DNA from: Catajapyx aquilonaris
Taxonomy: Eukaryota
Assembly (NCBI GenBank): GCA_000934665.2
Contig: KZ538382.1
Location: 1-64,000, forward strand
DNA: 64,000 bases
Direction: 5' to 3'
A model generated the notes under the pieces. It saw only the letters and a program-made list of their open reading frames with translations. It was not told where the DNA came from and searched no databases. Below are positions 25,781 through 39,225 of the stretch, in pieces (position 1 is the first letter of the stretch; each line of letters begins with the position of its first letter). The translations under genes were made by a program, and so were the position numbers.

Positions 25781-28332
25781 GTACAGTTACTTAACTTCCA
25801 GTCAGCAATTTCACGCCTGTCCGTCCGTGATGCAGGACCCTTGAAAACTTAGCCAGCACGGTATGGCCACTGTAGAAAGTTGTGCAAGGACAGAAAGTTT
25901 TGTGTGCGGCATTACCCCAATTGACTCAGACCAAAATTATGACATTTAAGAAAGTTGGCGATGGCCAGAAGTAGGAAGGCGGATGGAAAAGGAAATTTTA
26001 CGAGCGTTTCTTTCAACTCCCGGTGAGGGCGGATATATACGAGGAAGCATTTAGACCAGACTCAACGGAGCCGGACCCAAGAGGGATTTAAGTAAACATA
26101 TCTAGAATTTTCTAGCAAGTGGGACACTCTGACATGATGACGATTTCCTATCGTAGTTTATAAAATAGAGCGATTGTATCATATACGGTATATGCGTGCA
26201 GGTTAAACTACTGTTGTAAGTTGTAAGCTTGGTTGTAAGACCCTTCAGGCCTGTCGGTTTTGGCTTTCTGAACATTTTGCTTGGCTTGCGTGTAACAGAA
26301 ATGCCTAGAAGGGCTTACCAAGTAGGTAGAAGCGTACAGGTTCATATGACCATACAGTATACATAAGGCTTCCTTCACGTAGGCTAATTACGTCAAAGGC
26401 CATTTACCAAATGAGTAAATATTCAGGTCCACAGGAGTTTGTAATGCAGCGTGTTGCATTAATGGGAAGGCAATGGTTACATAGAGCTGATGTATATTAT
26501 TGTTACATGAATAATGCAGTGTAATTCTAATGTTTAGATTGCGCAATGGATTCCACAGCGAACTGTGATTGTTACGTAAGAAAAGTGTGAATTATGACAT
26601 ACAGGTGTTGAACCGACATTACATAGTACTAGAGATTGATTGCAATGCACTGAACATGGATGTGTCAAGAAGCAAGGCCACAAAGGTCACCGAATCCATG
26701 TCATATGCTGTGGGTACTTTGCCAAATTGCATATTTCATCCCGTGACATTTAATTTACATATTGTCAACAACACGCTGGCATTGCGTTGCATGCAGAAAC
26801 CCCCTGCATAACACAACTAGATGAATCTTGTGGGAAATAACCTGTTTCAATTAATATAAATGCAGCACCACTCATCCTCATCATGGTTAGATAATCAACC
26901 GCTACTATAGTCAAACTATATACAGGGTGTCCAATAAATATGATGCCAACGTGACATACACATATCGGATATCGCATGTGGGATTACGTACAGTAGTAGC
27001 GTGCAGGTGACTGTAGAACGATGACCCCCTTTCACCTGGTGTCCCTGGCGATGATTCCCTCAGAATATCCGGAAAAAAGCCGAATCGCTCATAAATCAGG
27101 CCAGTTAGGGCATGCCCCAGAGTGAAAATTCATCTGGAGAGCCCTTAACGACCTGGGAGAATGGCTTATCTCACATGAGTAGGGGGGGATGCTGGCAGAT
27201 GATGAGAGCATGTGCTGCGGGACTATATATACGAGAGGAAGGTAGAGCTATAGCCAACAGGAACCGCATTATCCGGAATGGCCGCCACATAACCTGGCTG
27301 CCCTGGTGTAGATACGTGCACTTTCCTCTAAACCTGCCTAATTACCCCCTGGCTCGGGCTCCCTACCAGATAATTAGTTTTTTTTCCCGAGTCCCCATAA
27401 GAATTAGGAATTGCCCAATGGCCACATAAGCTAGACTTATTGAGTGTGTTCTCGTGTTATGGGCTGCGGCCATGATGCACGGTCGTCTCTCGTCTCTCTC
27501 TCGCGGTGTAATCACCCTGTGGTTTTCTCCCAAACTCGCATTGTTTCTGCAATGACAAACAAGGGAGGAAAAACCTATACGCCGGCATGTTTTTTTTTTG
27601 CCTTTTGCTAGGTAAATTACAGTTTCGTGCTTTTATTGCACGATGAGTTGCGGTTCGGTTTTTGTACAGTAGTTGAGTGCTGTTGAATAGCTCACGTTCA
27701 ATATTGACCCATACTCTAAATCAAACAAAGATTTTATCTCGATACGCTCCGATTTGTCAAGCTGGAATTAATTACCGGCGCTCCCTAACAAATGGTCACA
27801 ATAAGCAATTGCTAACGTTTGCCAGGATTTTCCATGGTGATTAACCCATCCCACACCAGACGTCTCCAGCAGTGTCGGAATGCCTCCCCTTTTTTGGGTG
27901 TGATCCCAGCTGAATAGCAATTGGCAGAGAGTCTTGGTTTTCTCTGAGTCTGAAAGAGAGCAATGGTAGAATGGGTCGCAAGCGCCAATATCTGGCTGGG
28001 AAGCTTCACGGCAGAGTTTCTCATTTCCTGCTGCCAAGTAGGAACCAAGACAAGTTCAGTCGAGGTGGCGTCGCCACTCAAATCCTTTTCAGATCCTTCC
28101 TGATCTGGCGGATTGCGTGCTTCTCTTATACGTGCCATCTTATCTTGCACTCAAAAAACGGTTTGCGACCGCCATATTTCAGACTCGACTAGAGGGATTA
28201 ATTCCCAGGCTGCCAGATCTCTACCACTCTAGAGAGACACTTGAAGATTGTTTACCAGCTGGGCTTTCATCATATTGTCAGAACTTGGCCACACTTGCAA
28301 CATTCTGTAAAGGAAGACTTCAACTCCAACCC

Positions 28333-28378
28333 GATGGTTGTGGCGCCACGTAGCGGATGGTTGTGGCGCCACGTAGCG
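28333..28378 (+). repeat. Perfect 23-bp tandem duplication GATGGTTGTGGCGCCACGTAGCG
   Basis: Two identical adjacent copies. Confidence 0.9.
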
Positions 28379-31300
28379 GTGGAGAACGTACTGTAGATAA
28401 ATCCTGCTAGGCCTCGAGGGAAGAAAGTTTCTGTCTGTCACACTCTGGCATCAACTTCATTATTCCATGCGGACACTACAGTTATAAGGCTTAATAATGC
28501 AGTTTTCACGGGCTATAATTAATAAACTTTCGACTCAAAACATTTGACCTACCTAAAGTGTGTCGAGCTGACGTGATGGCTGTTGAAAGTTTGGCCCAAT
28601 GACTAACTTCTAGTCTGGGGGATTTAATCGCTTTAGAAAAGCTATAGCCTCTCTATATAGTATCTCTGGGAAGGCATAGAGCTTCTATTGTGAGGCTTAA
28701 AGAAGCATTATCCAGACGTATCTTTCTTGAAAGGCCTTCCCTTTTACCAGTTTCTACACTTTCCACAAACCGGATAAAAATAAAACTTCCCAACTTCCTT
28801 TCAAAAGCTTTAAAAAGACTGCCCTTTCACGCTCTTGGGAAGCTCCAAGTGTGCTCTCTGACGCACTTACGTTAGCCAAACCACAATTGGAGTGTGCAGT
28901 TTATGTATTTCCACGCATGTGAAAGGAAGGTACTACGTGCTGTACTATTCCGAAGTATAGGTAATAACGCTAGGGAAAAAATAACAATTTGATATTTTAA
29001 TTCTGAAAGTGTTATTTTCTGCTGATATCAAAGAAAATATAACTAATTCCGATTGTATGGGGTAGACCAAATTTCATAATTATAGGCCTTTAGCTAAGTA
29101 ATTCCAGTTGGCTTCCATTAGGCTACACACAATAATACAGCGAATTGTGCAAAAGCCCTCAGAGCTTTGCCAATTTAGCATGTTGGAGGATACAGAGATA
29201 AATAATGGGCCGCATTTACGACTAGTGAGTATAGCTTACTTTAGGGTCATGGAGTAATGTCTGTTTCCATGAGAATCCTGCAACATTGCTAAATAACGTG
29301 ATAAAGGGGCATTGTTCGATGGCGATTGGCTGTTTTGATGTGGCTAGATGATTATCAAAATGATGCGGAACAATACGCGCGGCTCCTCAGGCTAGACACC
29401 TGTGATTGTGATGCTAATTACAGGCTGAGTGGACACGCATTGGCTGACATAATTAGATAGTATTTCCAACGTAACCATAGCCCCGTGCCACTGCTGTGAT
29501 ATCGAGCTGTGCATATAGAGTGATATATTCCATCAGTAGGAAGTAAAGTTATATGCGTTTTGGAACACAAAGTCATGATTAGTGCCTTATTACTGGCACA
29601 CCCTCAGTTTTGTGCTTGTCTGTCATGTGGTATTGACATGACCAATTCCGGAAACAAAAGGTGAACGACAATCCCAGCAGTCATCACCGCCCGAAAGCAT
29701 GTGACACACATCAATATTAAAATTCAGGGTAAGAAGAGGTCATGGACGTAGATCGATGCCAAATCTATCTAATCGGTATGCAGAAGGCCATTGACGACCT
29801 TCATGACCTCACTGGAGGTAGAGCTCAATGAAGGCCGTTGTTATTTTGTTCCCGGATTTGTTCGGCGGTTCAGAGGCCATCTATTAGCATTTTTCAATGC
29901 CATTTTTGCAATAGAGCTCCAGAATTTTTAATTATCTGATGTTGCAATAAAAAGGTGTGAACCGTGTGAACATCACCTCTATGCCACAAATAATAATGGG
30001 AGAGTGTGCAAAAACGGGTGTGTCTAAAAATTAAATATGGATGCAATATTTTTTGTAGCAATTTGGGCATTACAAAATGCATGGCGCTTTGCTTTAATAG
30101 CCAGCGCATGTTACGTTTAGTTAAACTACTGCCGCTCATTTTTGTGGTCTCCGTGGTCCCTAAATTGCGTTTTAAAAGTTGTCTATATTTGCTTCCAGCA
30201 CCTAACTTTTTTGTTGTTGTTTTGCTCTGTAAACACGGCTGTTCTCATATAGGCCATACTGAAATTATGCCACCACATTTTGAAACTGACCGGCTATTGC
30301 ATAAAAGTTAAAATAAAACTGCCCTTTTTTTGTCCTAAAAGTCAGAAATCCTTACAGATGGTCGAATATGAAAATGTCCCCAAGAGCTTGCTGCTCTCCG
30401 CTTCAGAATGATCAATGAATTTGGATACCATATCATCTAGGCGATAACTCGTAGGTCACGAGAAGGTGACACGGATAAGATTATATGGAGAAGACAGAGT
30501 ACGATTCATTCATCTGGATAATGTCCGTCTTGAGACGTATCTACATGAGACGGTCCTCCTCCTCCGAAATAAGCCAATCTCCTGACTTCATGGGGAGATC
30601 CTCACAAATGTATCCGGGCCTAGAGATCCTGGCACAAGATGAATCCCGGAGGCACCTGCTGGGCCTTGAGATTGCCATTGTGGAAACCTGCAGACCCATG
30701 CAGCCCACACGCATCCGGACTATCAGCATGCTCTGCAACCCCAATTAATTGTGGAAGAGTCGTCTACTAACGAGAAGGGTTGTTATCTGCCCCTATTCAT
30801 GTGGGTGACACAAAGAGGGATTTTGACTTTGGAGAGTGACGTCACGCTTGGTCAACCCTGGGTCAACCCTGGGTCAACCCCTTCCTTAATATCACTTTTG
30901 GGTATAATTTCAGTAACAATATTAGCAACAACTTCCGCTTGAAAATTATGCAGGTCAGTATCTCAACAAATCATTGACCTTTTTGTGAATGTTCACCTAA
31001 TGGAATAGGACCTGGTTTTAATGTCGACGTAGCTTCTTGGACTTTACCTTACCCATGCGATGGCAGAAATCGGAGGAATGCCCTGACCCACCATGCATAT
31101 TTTAGTAGGGCAATGTGGGTTTTGCAGCCTTAGCAATCATAGAAGAGGGGCCCTTGCAGTAATTTATTGATGCTACGGTAGATGGTAAAGAGCATTACAC
31201 GAGCCATCTCCTTGCCGCATAATATGAATTTTTACTGCCTTAATATTTATTACAAGCTTTTCAACAGGATTTGGCTATACAAAGCGTGTACTCATGTAAA

Positions 31301-33199
31301 ATTTGTACCATAGTTTACCTACATTGACGTTACATGCATAAGTAAACATGTTTGTGCCATTTTCTCTAAGCAGCTTAAAATGAACAGAGGTTATTGAACT
31401 TGTCTGCAAACGTGTGATACTATAAGCCTTTCCTATTTTATACCAACCTCGCGTGATGCCCTATTGTTAATCTCTGAAGAATATTTGACACGCCTGCACA
31501 ATTTACAGTGACTTCACCAGCAGTTATTACCTGCCACAAAATTGCACATTAAATGGCCCACTAAGATTGAGGCCACTTCTGAACGATAAAAAAAACTACA
31601 CGTCTCTATTGCTAGACCAGACTAGATTTTTTTTTAAATAGCCCATGCCCAAAATAATGCAGAGTGGGCCACATCCCCTTTTCCCGGAGCTGCCCATGGC
31701 AACGCAATTCGACCCGGTAGTCACAATGCATTGTAGCGTGTTGCAGCTGAAGGCACATCCGACTACCGGACGTTTGTTTAAGGCTGCGATGTCATCAGGT
31801 TCGAACAAACTGAGCCGCTAGATGTGGCTGCGAGCACTGCCTGAGCATGCACGTGCTGACAGCCTACGACCACGAACGGACCAGGCCTTGCTCGTTTCAC
31901 ATAAAACCGGAACCTGGCAATTAAAATTTTGGCGCCGCCGGCAGTTTTCAGTGGTAATGAAGATCGAAGTGCATGAAATTCCCAACAGTGTTCAGTCATA
32001 GCATGCGCACCAATCTCCTACCGGTTGGAATCGATAGGTATACTCAGCAGTACCGAGCCAGTGAGAACTCATTACTTGCCAGTGATCGAGTGAGGAAAAG
32101 CTAGAGGCGAAAAAATAGTAAAGGAGCGAAAGAGAGTGTCGGAACAATCCATATACTATAGGATAGTAGACTTTATATTCATTAAAAGCCCTCCAGGGAA
32201 AGTATGGGGTTCTTTTCTGTCGCATAAGAAAAATGATTTTGATTCCCTTCCAGCACTCTCATTATTAAATTTCTGGAGGCCATGTAGGTTCTGTTTTTTT
32301 TATGCAATAAATTTATGAATGGATATTGCCTTGATTAACGTCATTATCTGCTTTTCTCAGCTTGACACTTCATAGGGCGTTATTGTGACTTTTCTCCCTA
32401 GTAAAACGTCACAAACTGATTGGCAACAAAATAGGCACAATTATCAGTCGAGGGAAGTTTTTAATGATGTCTTCCTTTTTGGCAGGTGGAAAACCTCGTT
32501 AAGTGATGGGGCGGTCCTATTTTCTTATTCAACGAGGTTCCTCTCTGGGAATATACAGCTTTGACTTTGTTCCCAACTGTCACAAATTATTACCATCAGA
32601 ATTGTCAAAAAAAATTGTGAAGTACAAACAGAATAAACAATTGCGTTTTAATTGTTCCTGGCACAGTGTCGCCAGCTGCCGAGTAATTAACTTACGCTGT
32701 GTTGTGGGTGGCGAATTTTCGATTAGAGAGACCAGACTTGTCACCTGCATTAAACCGGGCCTGATTCCTGCCACCAGAGACCTTTGATCGACGGCTGCCG
32801 ATGATGGCCCTTTATCAGGATGTGTAGTAATCATAAATTACCTAAACTGCCGTGTTATTGCAGTCACAGGTGCAGAAGGATATTTTGAGTGCACTTGAGT
32901 CGATTGCCAATAGACGAGCTTGAAATATTAGGGCGCCTGTGCAGCGGGTTGCATCAAGTCAGGATGAACGAAAGTCAATCTTTATGGTACAGATAGTACC
33001 TCAACAATACCGTATATTTTCAAATGCTCTCTATTATCTTTTGATTAGAGTCAGCACAGGCAATTTCATTAACTGCTCGCCTACGCGTGGGCACATAAAA
33101 GCTGTCTAATATAGCGTGTACCCCCAAGGAAGAGCCATTGTTTGCGAAATTGCTGGTCATTTCGTGTTAGGCACTCTTATGGGGTCTTAACCCACACCA

Positions 33200-33510
33200 C
33201 AATCCAGGACTTTCATCAATACAGACGGGCTCCTTTGTGTGTTGTTTCGACGAAGGTAGGACGCACTTTGCAGGTGCTTACGACTTGCATTCTATTGTTG
33301 GGGTGTCATTATTGTTGAAAGAGTGTATTAAGTGGGAGCAGTCGTCGGGATTAATTCAGACTATTGACCCTGTGAGTTATTTTGTTGTTGCGTGGTACTC
33401 CTGACATAAGTCGATGAATTATTGAGGAATGAAAAATCCGGGACAGGTACGGTTTTTTGGGATGTATTTACAACCGGCTTTTTTAATAGTCCTGAAATAG
33501 CCGCCTGGAG
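33200..33510 (+). pseudogene. Degraded non-LTR reverse transcriptase fragment
   Basis: FAGAYD...LLLKE...GLIQTI...GQ..GMYLQPAFLIVL loosely matches DFxKAYD...QGxxLSPxLF. Several stops. Confidence 0.3.
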
Positions 33511-35029
33511 CTAAATGCGCACATTTTGGGCCTTCCTGCTGGCTCTGGAATGGGTTTGTCGTGCTTTAAAATTTGACTTTCCCCGTGAGAAGTCCAGGTG
33601 GCGTGAAATTACTTTTTATCCAGTGACAGAACAATACATGCAATATACACACTCATTAGCGCACCATACTGATAAGGCCAGCAGATAATTTCGGCCTGAT
33701 GAGTACGCTGCCATATATTGCACGGCTCGAAAACCACCCGTGGCAGAAGTTTAAAATGTGCAATGCACTTTTCCAATATTACCATGTTTGTGAAATCATT
33801 TTGCGAAATGACAAACTGGGAACAATGGAGTAACTAAGCGATGAGAAGTGTTCAGCTGCAGAGACTCCCTTGCCATATACCTGTGGCTAGGGTTTTCCTG
33901 CAATGGTGTTGAAGATTCATCTGCTTAGCATTTCCGCGCAATTTACAATCCAAATGATAACCCCCCAATGATTAATTCATGACTTAGTCACCAACATTTG
34001 AGGGAGACTTGGCAACCGCTAACTAATGTAACCCATTGCACACTTACAACCATCAAGCAGAGGAGGGAGTTTTGCAATTCTATTAAGATAAAATGCCCAC
34101 TTTCAAGTCTATTTTCTACACAGCCAACTGAAGTTTTCATGTACAGTAATATGTGTACTTTCAGATTGTCGAAATTATTCAGCACGCACCTTGCCCCGTT
34201 TCTTTTATGGTTCACTTTTCCACATATTTATCTGACTCGTATCCGCAATGCAGCCGGCAGTTTCATCCCCAGTATTTCGCCTACTAATGCAACATTAAAA
34301 TTATGACCGACATTTAATTTAACAGATGCAACGGGCGCAGCGGGGATTATGGGGGAACCCTTCTATTGCGCAGAATCCCAAATGATAATGCACACAAAGT
34401 TCGCTTACAAAATGCCCTCTTCTCCATCGGATTACATAACTCCCCCCAAAAAATTCGAGAGGTCAAGAGGCCCTATCCCAACACGCAATGGTATATCCGG
34501 AAGCGTGCTCAAATTTTGAGACAAGTTGGGGAATATTAACAAAACGATTTGTGTTCAGAGAGTGTCCTGCGAACTGTAAGAGTCATTAGAGCTTCGAAGC
34601 ACGCCGGTTAGAGAAGAAGATGAGTTTCAGACCTGCAAAATGGCCCCAGGAGAGGCCATTCGTGGAGCCTCACCCAAGGATTTTCGCTTCGGGAGCGTCA
34701 CTTTCAGTTTTCGCCAGATGCTTCTACCATATAGGAAGTGTCCAAGTTTTAATTATGAGGTCTCGACCTTACAACCCTAAGGGCTAAAGCCTCGTAAAAT
34801 ATTATAGCATGTCTTATCCCGACCTTGCTCATTACCAACAATGAGCAAAAGGGTGTTGAGGTTCCTAGCGTGGAATCCGAGTTGAATTGTGACGAAATTG
34901 GGAAAGTTTCAACCGACGGTCCCTAGTTACATCCCCGGAACTGGTTATTCAGCAGCACGTCCCCAATCCGCCCCTTTCCTGTGCGGACGGGGACCATTGA
35001 TTAGTTGTGTAGCGTCCTGAGTGGAAACC

Positions 35030-35260
35030 GGAGTGACAAAGAGCCATCCATGCCTTTGAAGGTGTATCCAACCCTAGCACCTTTCTCCCTTTGGATCCAG
35101 GAAGCACTCGGCTGCACAACGGCCCTCACAAGCCTCCATTCTCTTTGTGCAGAGTATGGCTCCAGCAACCAGGGAATTGCCCAAATCCCATACACAACTT
35201 GTGTGTCCCACTGCCACTTTTATGCAAGCACTATGGAGACAATCTTATGGGAATAAACTG
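35030..35260 (+). pseudogene. Possible C-terminal CCHC region of a non-LTR retrotransposon ORF2
   Basis: TTCVSHCHFYASTMETILWE resembles CxxC...TxxHILWEC. Confidence 0.3.
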
Positions 35261-36529
35261 GAATGGGGGCAGGTCATGTAGGTATTGTCGATCCCTAGCA
35301 TGTGATAGTTGACATTGAACCTTGATAGGACCTGCTGGTTCAAGGGTGTCACATAATGCCCACCAAGCTTGGCTCTAGATCGGGGTAAAAAACAACACAT
35401 AATGCCCACCAGTGGCAGCACTAGTACCGGGCTGAACTAGTGCTGCCCTCTTTTGCATGTACTGTACCAACTTAAAAACGCCAGGTTGTAAGGTCACTTT
35501 CATGGCCTTATCTTTCTCCCATGCTGAGCCAAGTCCTCTCTCTACACGAAAGTCCATAAAAGCACAGCTGCAGTAATTTTGTGTGCGTGTCGGGCCGTCG
35601 ACAGCCAACGATAATGAAGTAATTACTGATATAGGATGATCCGAGTGTACATTTTAGTGTTGATCAGGGCGCAGTAAAAGGGCAGCTCATCAGTAGTCAG
35701 CGGATTAACCGCCTTATCGACAAGTTGAGCCTGGGGTATCCTTCCAGTCGGCGATAGGGCCACTGCACAAGAGAAATGGCCGATCAGTTGATATAGAAGG
35801 AGTGTCCCAAAAGTAATTTGACATTCGCCAACGCCTGGGAAACATTTGGGGAATCCCTTTGTAAATGAGACGTCCTTTTTTTGGGGATTGACCTGATAAA
35901 GGTCGCGTTTCTGACGTCCGGGGTCAACCGAAATAAGAAATGATTTCTCGCTATGGCCCATGAAATTCTTATCAGATGGAAAGTTTCGTTTTCTCCCCCA
36001 CTCAGGCCCAGGATTAACATTCCCATTTGATTCGTAGAAAGATTTATATCCGCGTGTTGCCAGCCTAGTTAGAGCCTTGGGATTCGATTCTTTCTTTGCA
36101 GACTAAGCCATTTGTCTTTCAAGGCGCGCATCCCCTGAGGAAACACCAACTTTCCTCTGCACACTTCCTGGACACCCACCTTTTTTTTGTCAGCAAACGA
36201 CAGTTCCAGAAATGACATTGTAATAAGGATATAATAGAGATGGTGACAATAACCCCGTTGCGGCGCATAAGAGGGGGGGGGGGGTTATTTATGCGGAGAA
36301 TTTCCAAAGCTCAAAGTTGAACGGAAGAGTAATTCGAGTCGGAGAAGGTTTAAGAAAATCCGTGATTTGTGGCCCAGCCTTAGTTTGCAGACAGGGCCAG
36401 GGTTCGATCTTTCTCCACTACTCTGCCCCTTTGCCATTTCTCGTTCTTAGCACTCGCACGGAAACCCTGGAAGAAGTAGGAAAGAAAGAAAAAAATCCTG
36501 CCACTTGGGAGACAGTGATGAAGAGTCAT

Positions 36530-36739
36530 CTGAATCTGGGGCGAGAGGAGGTCATTCCAACAAAAGGAAACGGAAAAAACGGAGAATTGCGCATCATGCC
36601 AAACTTTCAATGTTTGCTGAGGATATGCGACGATCACTATCTGGTTCTAACCCCTAAGAGGAATGAGGACAAAATTTGTGTTTTCATGTCACACACTTTG
36701 AGAGCAGCTTCCAATTTCATGCTACCGAAAGGTATATAG
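36530..36739 (+). pseudogene. Degraded Ty3/gypsy-like reverse transcriptase fragment
   Basis: KNGELRIMPNFQCL...YLVL...DKICVF...NFMLPKGI resembles KxGxLRxCxDYRxL, KTAF and FxxMPFGL, with an internal deletion. Confidence 0.4.
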
Positions 36740-38854
36740 GGAAGTGAAGTAATTTGAAGTGACGTGAACACTCGCCATGCTGGCTAGTAATGGAAAACTT
36801 CCGTTAGAATTCTGGGGTGCGAGTGTTGGCCTGCAATTTCTGTGAGCTTCTGCCGTCCACAGGCAAGTAGGCTGGAGGCGAAAAAAAATGTTAAGTTAAC
36901 AAGGAAGTCCAGTTTTTGCTGGCCATTCGTCTTCATTGGCGTGGAAAAGCCATAGGCAGTTTTTTTGGAGAAAGGGGACAAAAATTATGTTCGTGTCAGA
37001 TTTTGTAGTTCTGAACTATTGTAGTGGTGTTATTAATGGAGTTCATAAAGTTGAATCAGTGGTGGGCTGTAAAAGCGAGCATATTGCCAATAATTTAATA
37101 TGCAACATCATTGTTGTGTCAGGACTAATAAAAACTTGACAGGTTGGTTATTAATTTATTTTCTGACCAGTACAACATTTGTAAATACAGTTTTTTTTAA
37201 ATAGCACCACCCTGCACTTAGGAATAACGCAATTGACTCAAATTATGCCATGCCATACGCATATGCTTTAGTTTACTACACACCTTGATGAAATTTTTAA
37301 ACATCGCAACTTTACAACAAAGCATGTTCGGTTTTTTTTCCAATTAACTTTTCAATTTTTACTGCCCCAACATTTCCGATTGGCATCAAAAAACTACTAT
37401 GCAAGTAGTCATAAAAGTAGCAGGCAGCAGGTGCGCTGCCTATGACAAGCTCAATAACTATTAATAGCAATAGAGGCCATCACTCAGACTGTGTAATGAC
37501 TATATTCTGTGTGTAGTTTTGGAATAGTTGCAAGCTCTGGGCAACAGCACGCATATCGTCCATCACACTGTGCCTGCGGGATATTTACCTGCGTAACACG
37601 TGTCAAACTGAATTCACATTTTGGGAGCGCTGACTACAGCATAAAAGCACGATATTTTTGGCTGATTATTGTTCAGCGGTTTTTCCTGTCATTTCCAACC
37701 CGTTTCTTTTTAATTGAGTTGAGCCGCATGCATGGTGTGGTTCGATCCGACGTGTAGATCCCTCCATTTTCAGAGGGGAAAACAATTTCCTTAAGCAAAC
37801 GATTCGCCGGCAGCAGTCGTGTGGAGGCTAATCCAATAAAATTAATCACTATCGAGCCTCAAAACGGGGCGTTTCATAAATCTGGTCCTAATTTGATGCT
37901 TGGAGCGGTTAATAGGGACATAGAGGCTCCCTACCCACAAACAGATGAGAGCAAACCAACGGGGCAATTCGGTTGGCTCCGACACAACAAGGTGCTTTAC
38001 CCGTCGATACTAATAGTTTCTAGCCCATCGGAAACTGCTATTGATCACACTCAAACGCAACTTAATTCCCTTCCCAGGAAAAAAGCATCAATCCCAACAC
38101 TTTACTATCGCGTAAACAAAACGAACGAATGCTCTTGTTACGCCCAGTTAATTTAGACCATATCGATTTTATAGCCTTAGGTGATTAACTATCCGGAGTT
38201 TGAGATGACCCTGCACGCTAACCTAGTGTAAGACCAGCATGTACTATATTCATGGATCGTTTGCATGGAGCAAGGGGGGCTATATACCCTCAAGTTTGGA
38301 TAGTATAGTTTTGTTAGTTAGGAGGGCTGGTTGCATATTTCAGCGGAGATTGTGGCCGCAAATATGGCGCACGGGGCACCCACTGCGGTTGTGATTTCCC
38401 CACGGGATTATTCCTGGGCTCCCCCAACCAAACTTTTGGACTCTATGGGAATAATCTAGGGAATATGGAGTCCGTCGGCTCAACTCTACACTTCATAAGG
38501 AAAATTCCCTTGTCGAAGCCTTACAGTTAGGGCTTAGCTTTGAGGTGTCGCAAGTATGTCCACAATGCCAGACTCTGAATGTAGGTTAGATGCAATGTCG
38601 GATAATGGCGTTTGCATGTTGACTGTTCGATATCAGATGTTGTGGCGAAATCCGTGGGTATGTTTTGACAGCCATTTGGGACATGATATCATTTGGGAAT
38701 CAACTTGCCAATGTTATTTTAGTGTGTCAAGACACAAGTTGGATTCAAAGTGGTCGCCCATTTTTCGCCAGATGGTGACTATTTGTAGGCTGCATAAAAA
38801 TTCGCAAATTTTTAAATACGAGTACGTACAGTACTAGTACCTATTAGTCTATCA

Positions 38855-39225
38855 CAGGGGTGGGCAAACTTTTTTCTCCGTGGGCCGCATAGAGATTTTT
38901 TTAAAAATTGACGGGCCGCATCTAACAAAAGAAATTTCAACTTATAAAAAAGTTTACAATTATATATCCATCGCTTTAAATGAACTTCATTAATTGCATA
39001 AATTATCGTTAAATTCTCTGAAAATCGATAAAATTAGGTAAATATATCGATGAAAATGGCCTGTATAAATAAAAGTCAATATTTTTGTGCATTAAAAAGA
39101 AAGGCAAAGGCATAGAATTTTGCAATTTTAATTTTTCAGCATTTTCAGGAATACCGAAATTTTTGCGCGGGCCGCACAAATTGTCTTCGCGGGCCGGATG
39201 CGGTCCGCGGGCCGTGGTTTGCCCA
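38855..39225. mobile_element. Non-autonomous hAT (Charlie-like) element
   Basis: Left TIR CAGGGGTGGGCAAAC, subterminal GGGCCG repeats, right end GTTTGCCCA. Target GTCTATCA on the left; TCTATCA follows on the right, consistent with a small deletion of the right tip. Confidence 0.85.

Noticed and set aside
32486..32497. Possible SS1-like 12-nt microexon GTGGAAAACCTC
   Set aside because: Good acceptor but a weak donor (GTTAAG), and no homology support.
33655..33750. Possible hammerhead ribozyme (CTGATGA...GAAA)
   Set aside because: Stem II does not pair cleanly, and I could not build stems I/III with a cleavage triplet.
35623..35961. Fanzor/TnpB-like motif SVDPGRQKRDLY on the minus strand
   Set aside because: Only a 4-residue DPG match. 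No downstream RuvC-II or zinc-finger motifs and no long ORF.
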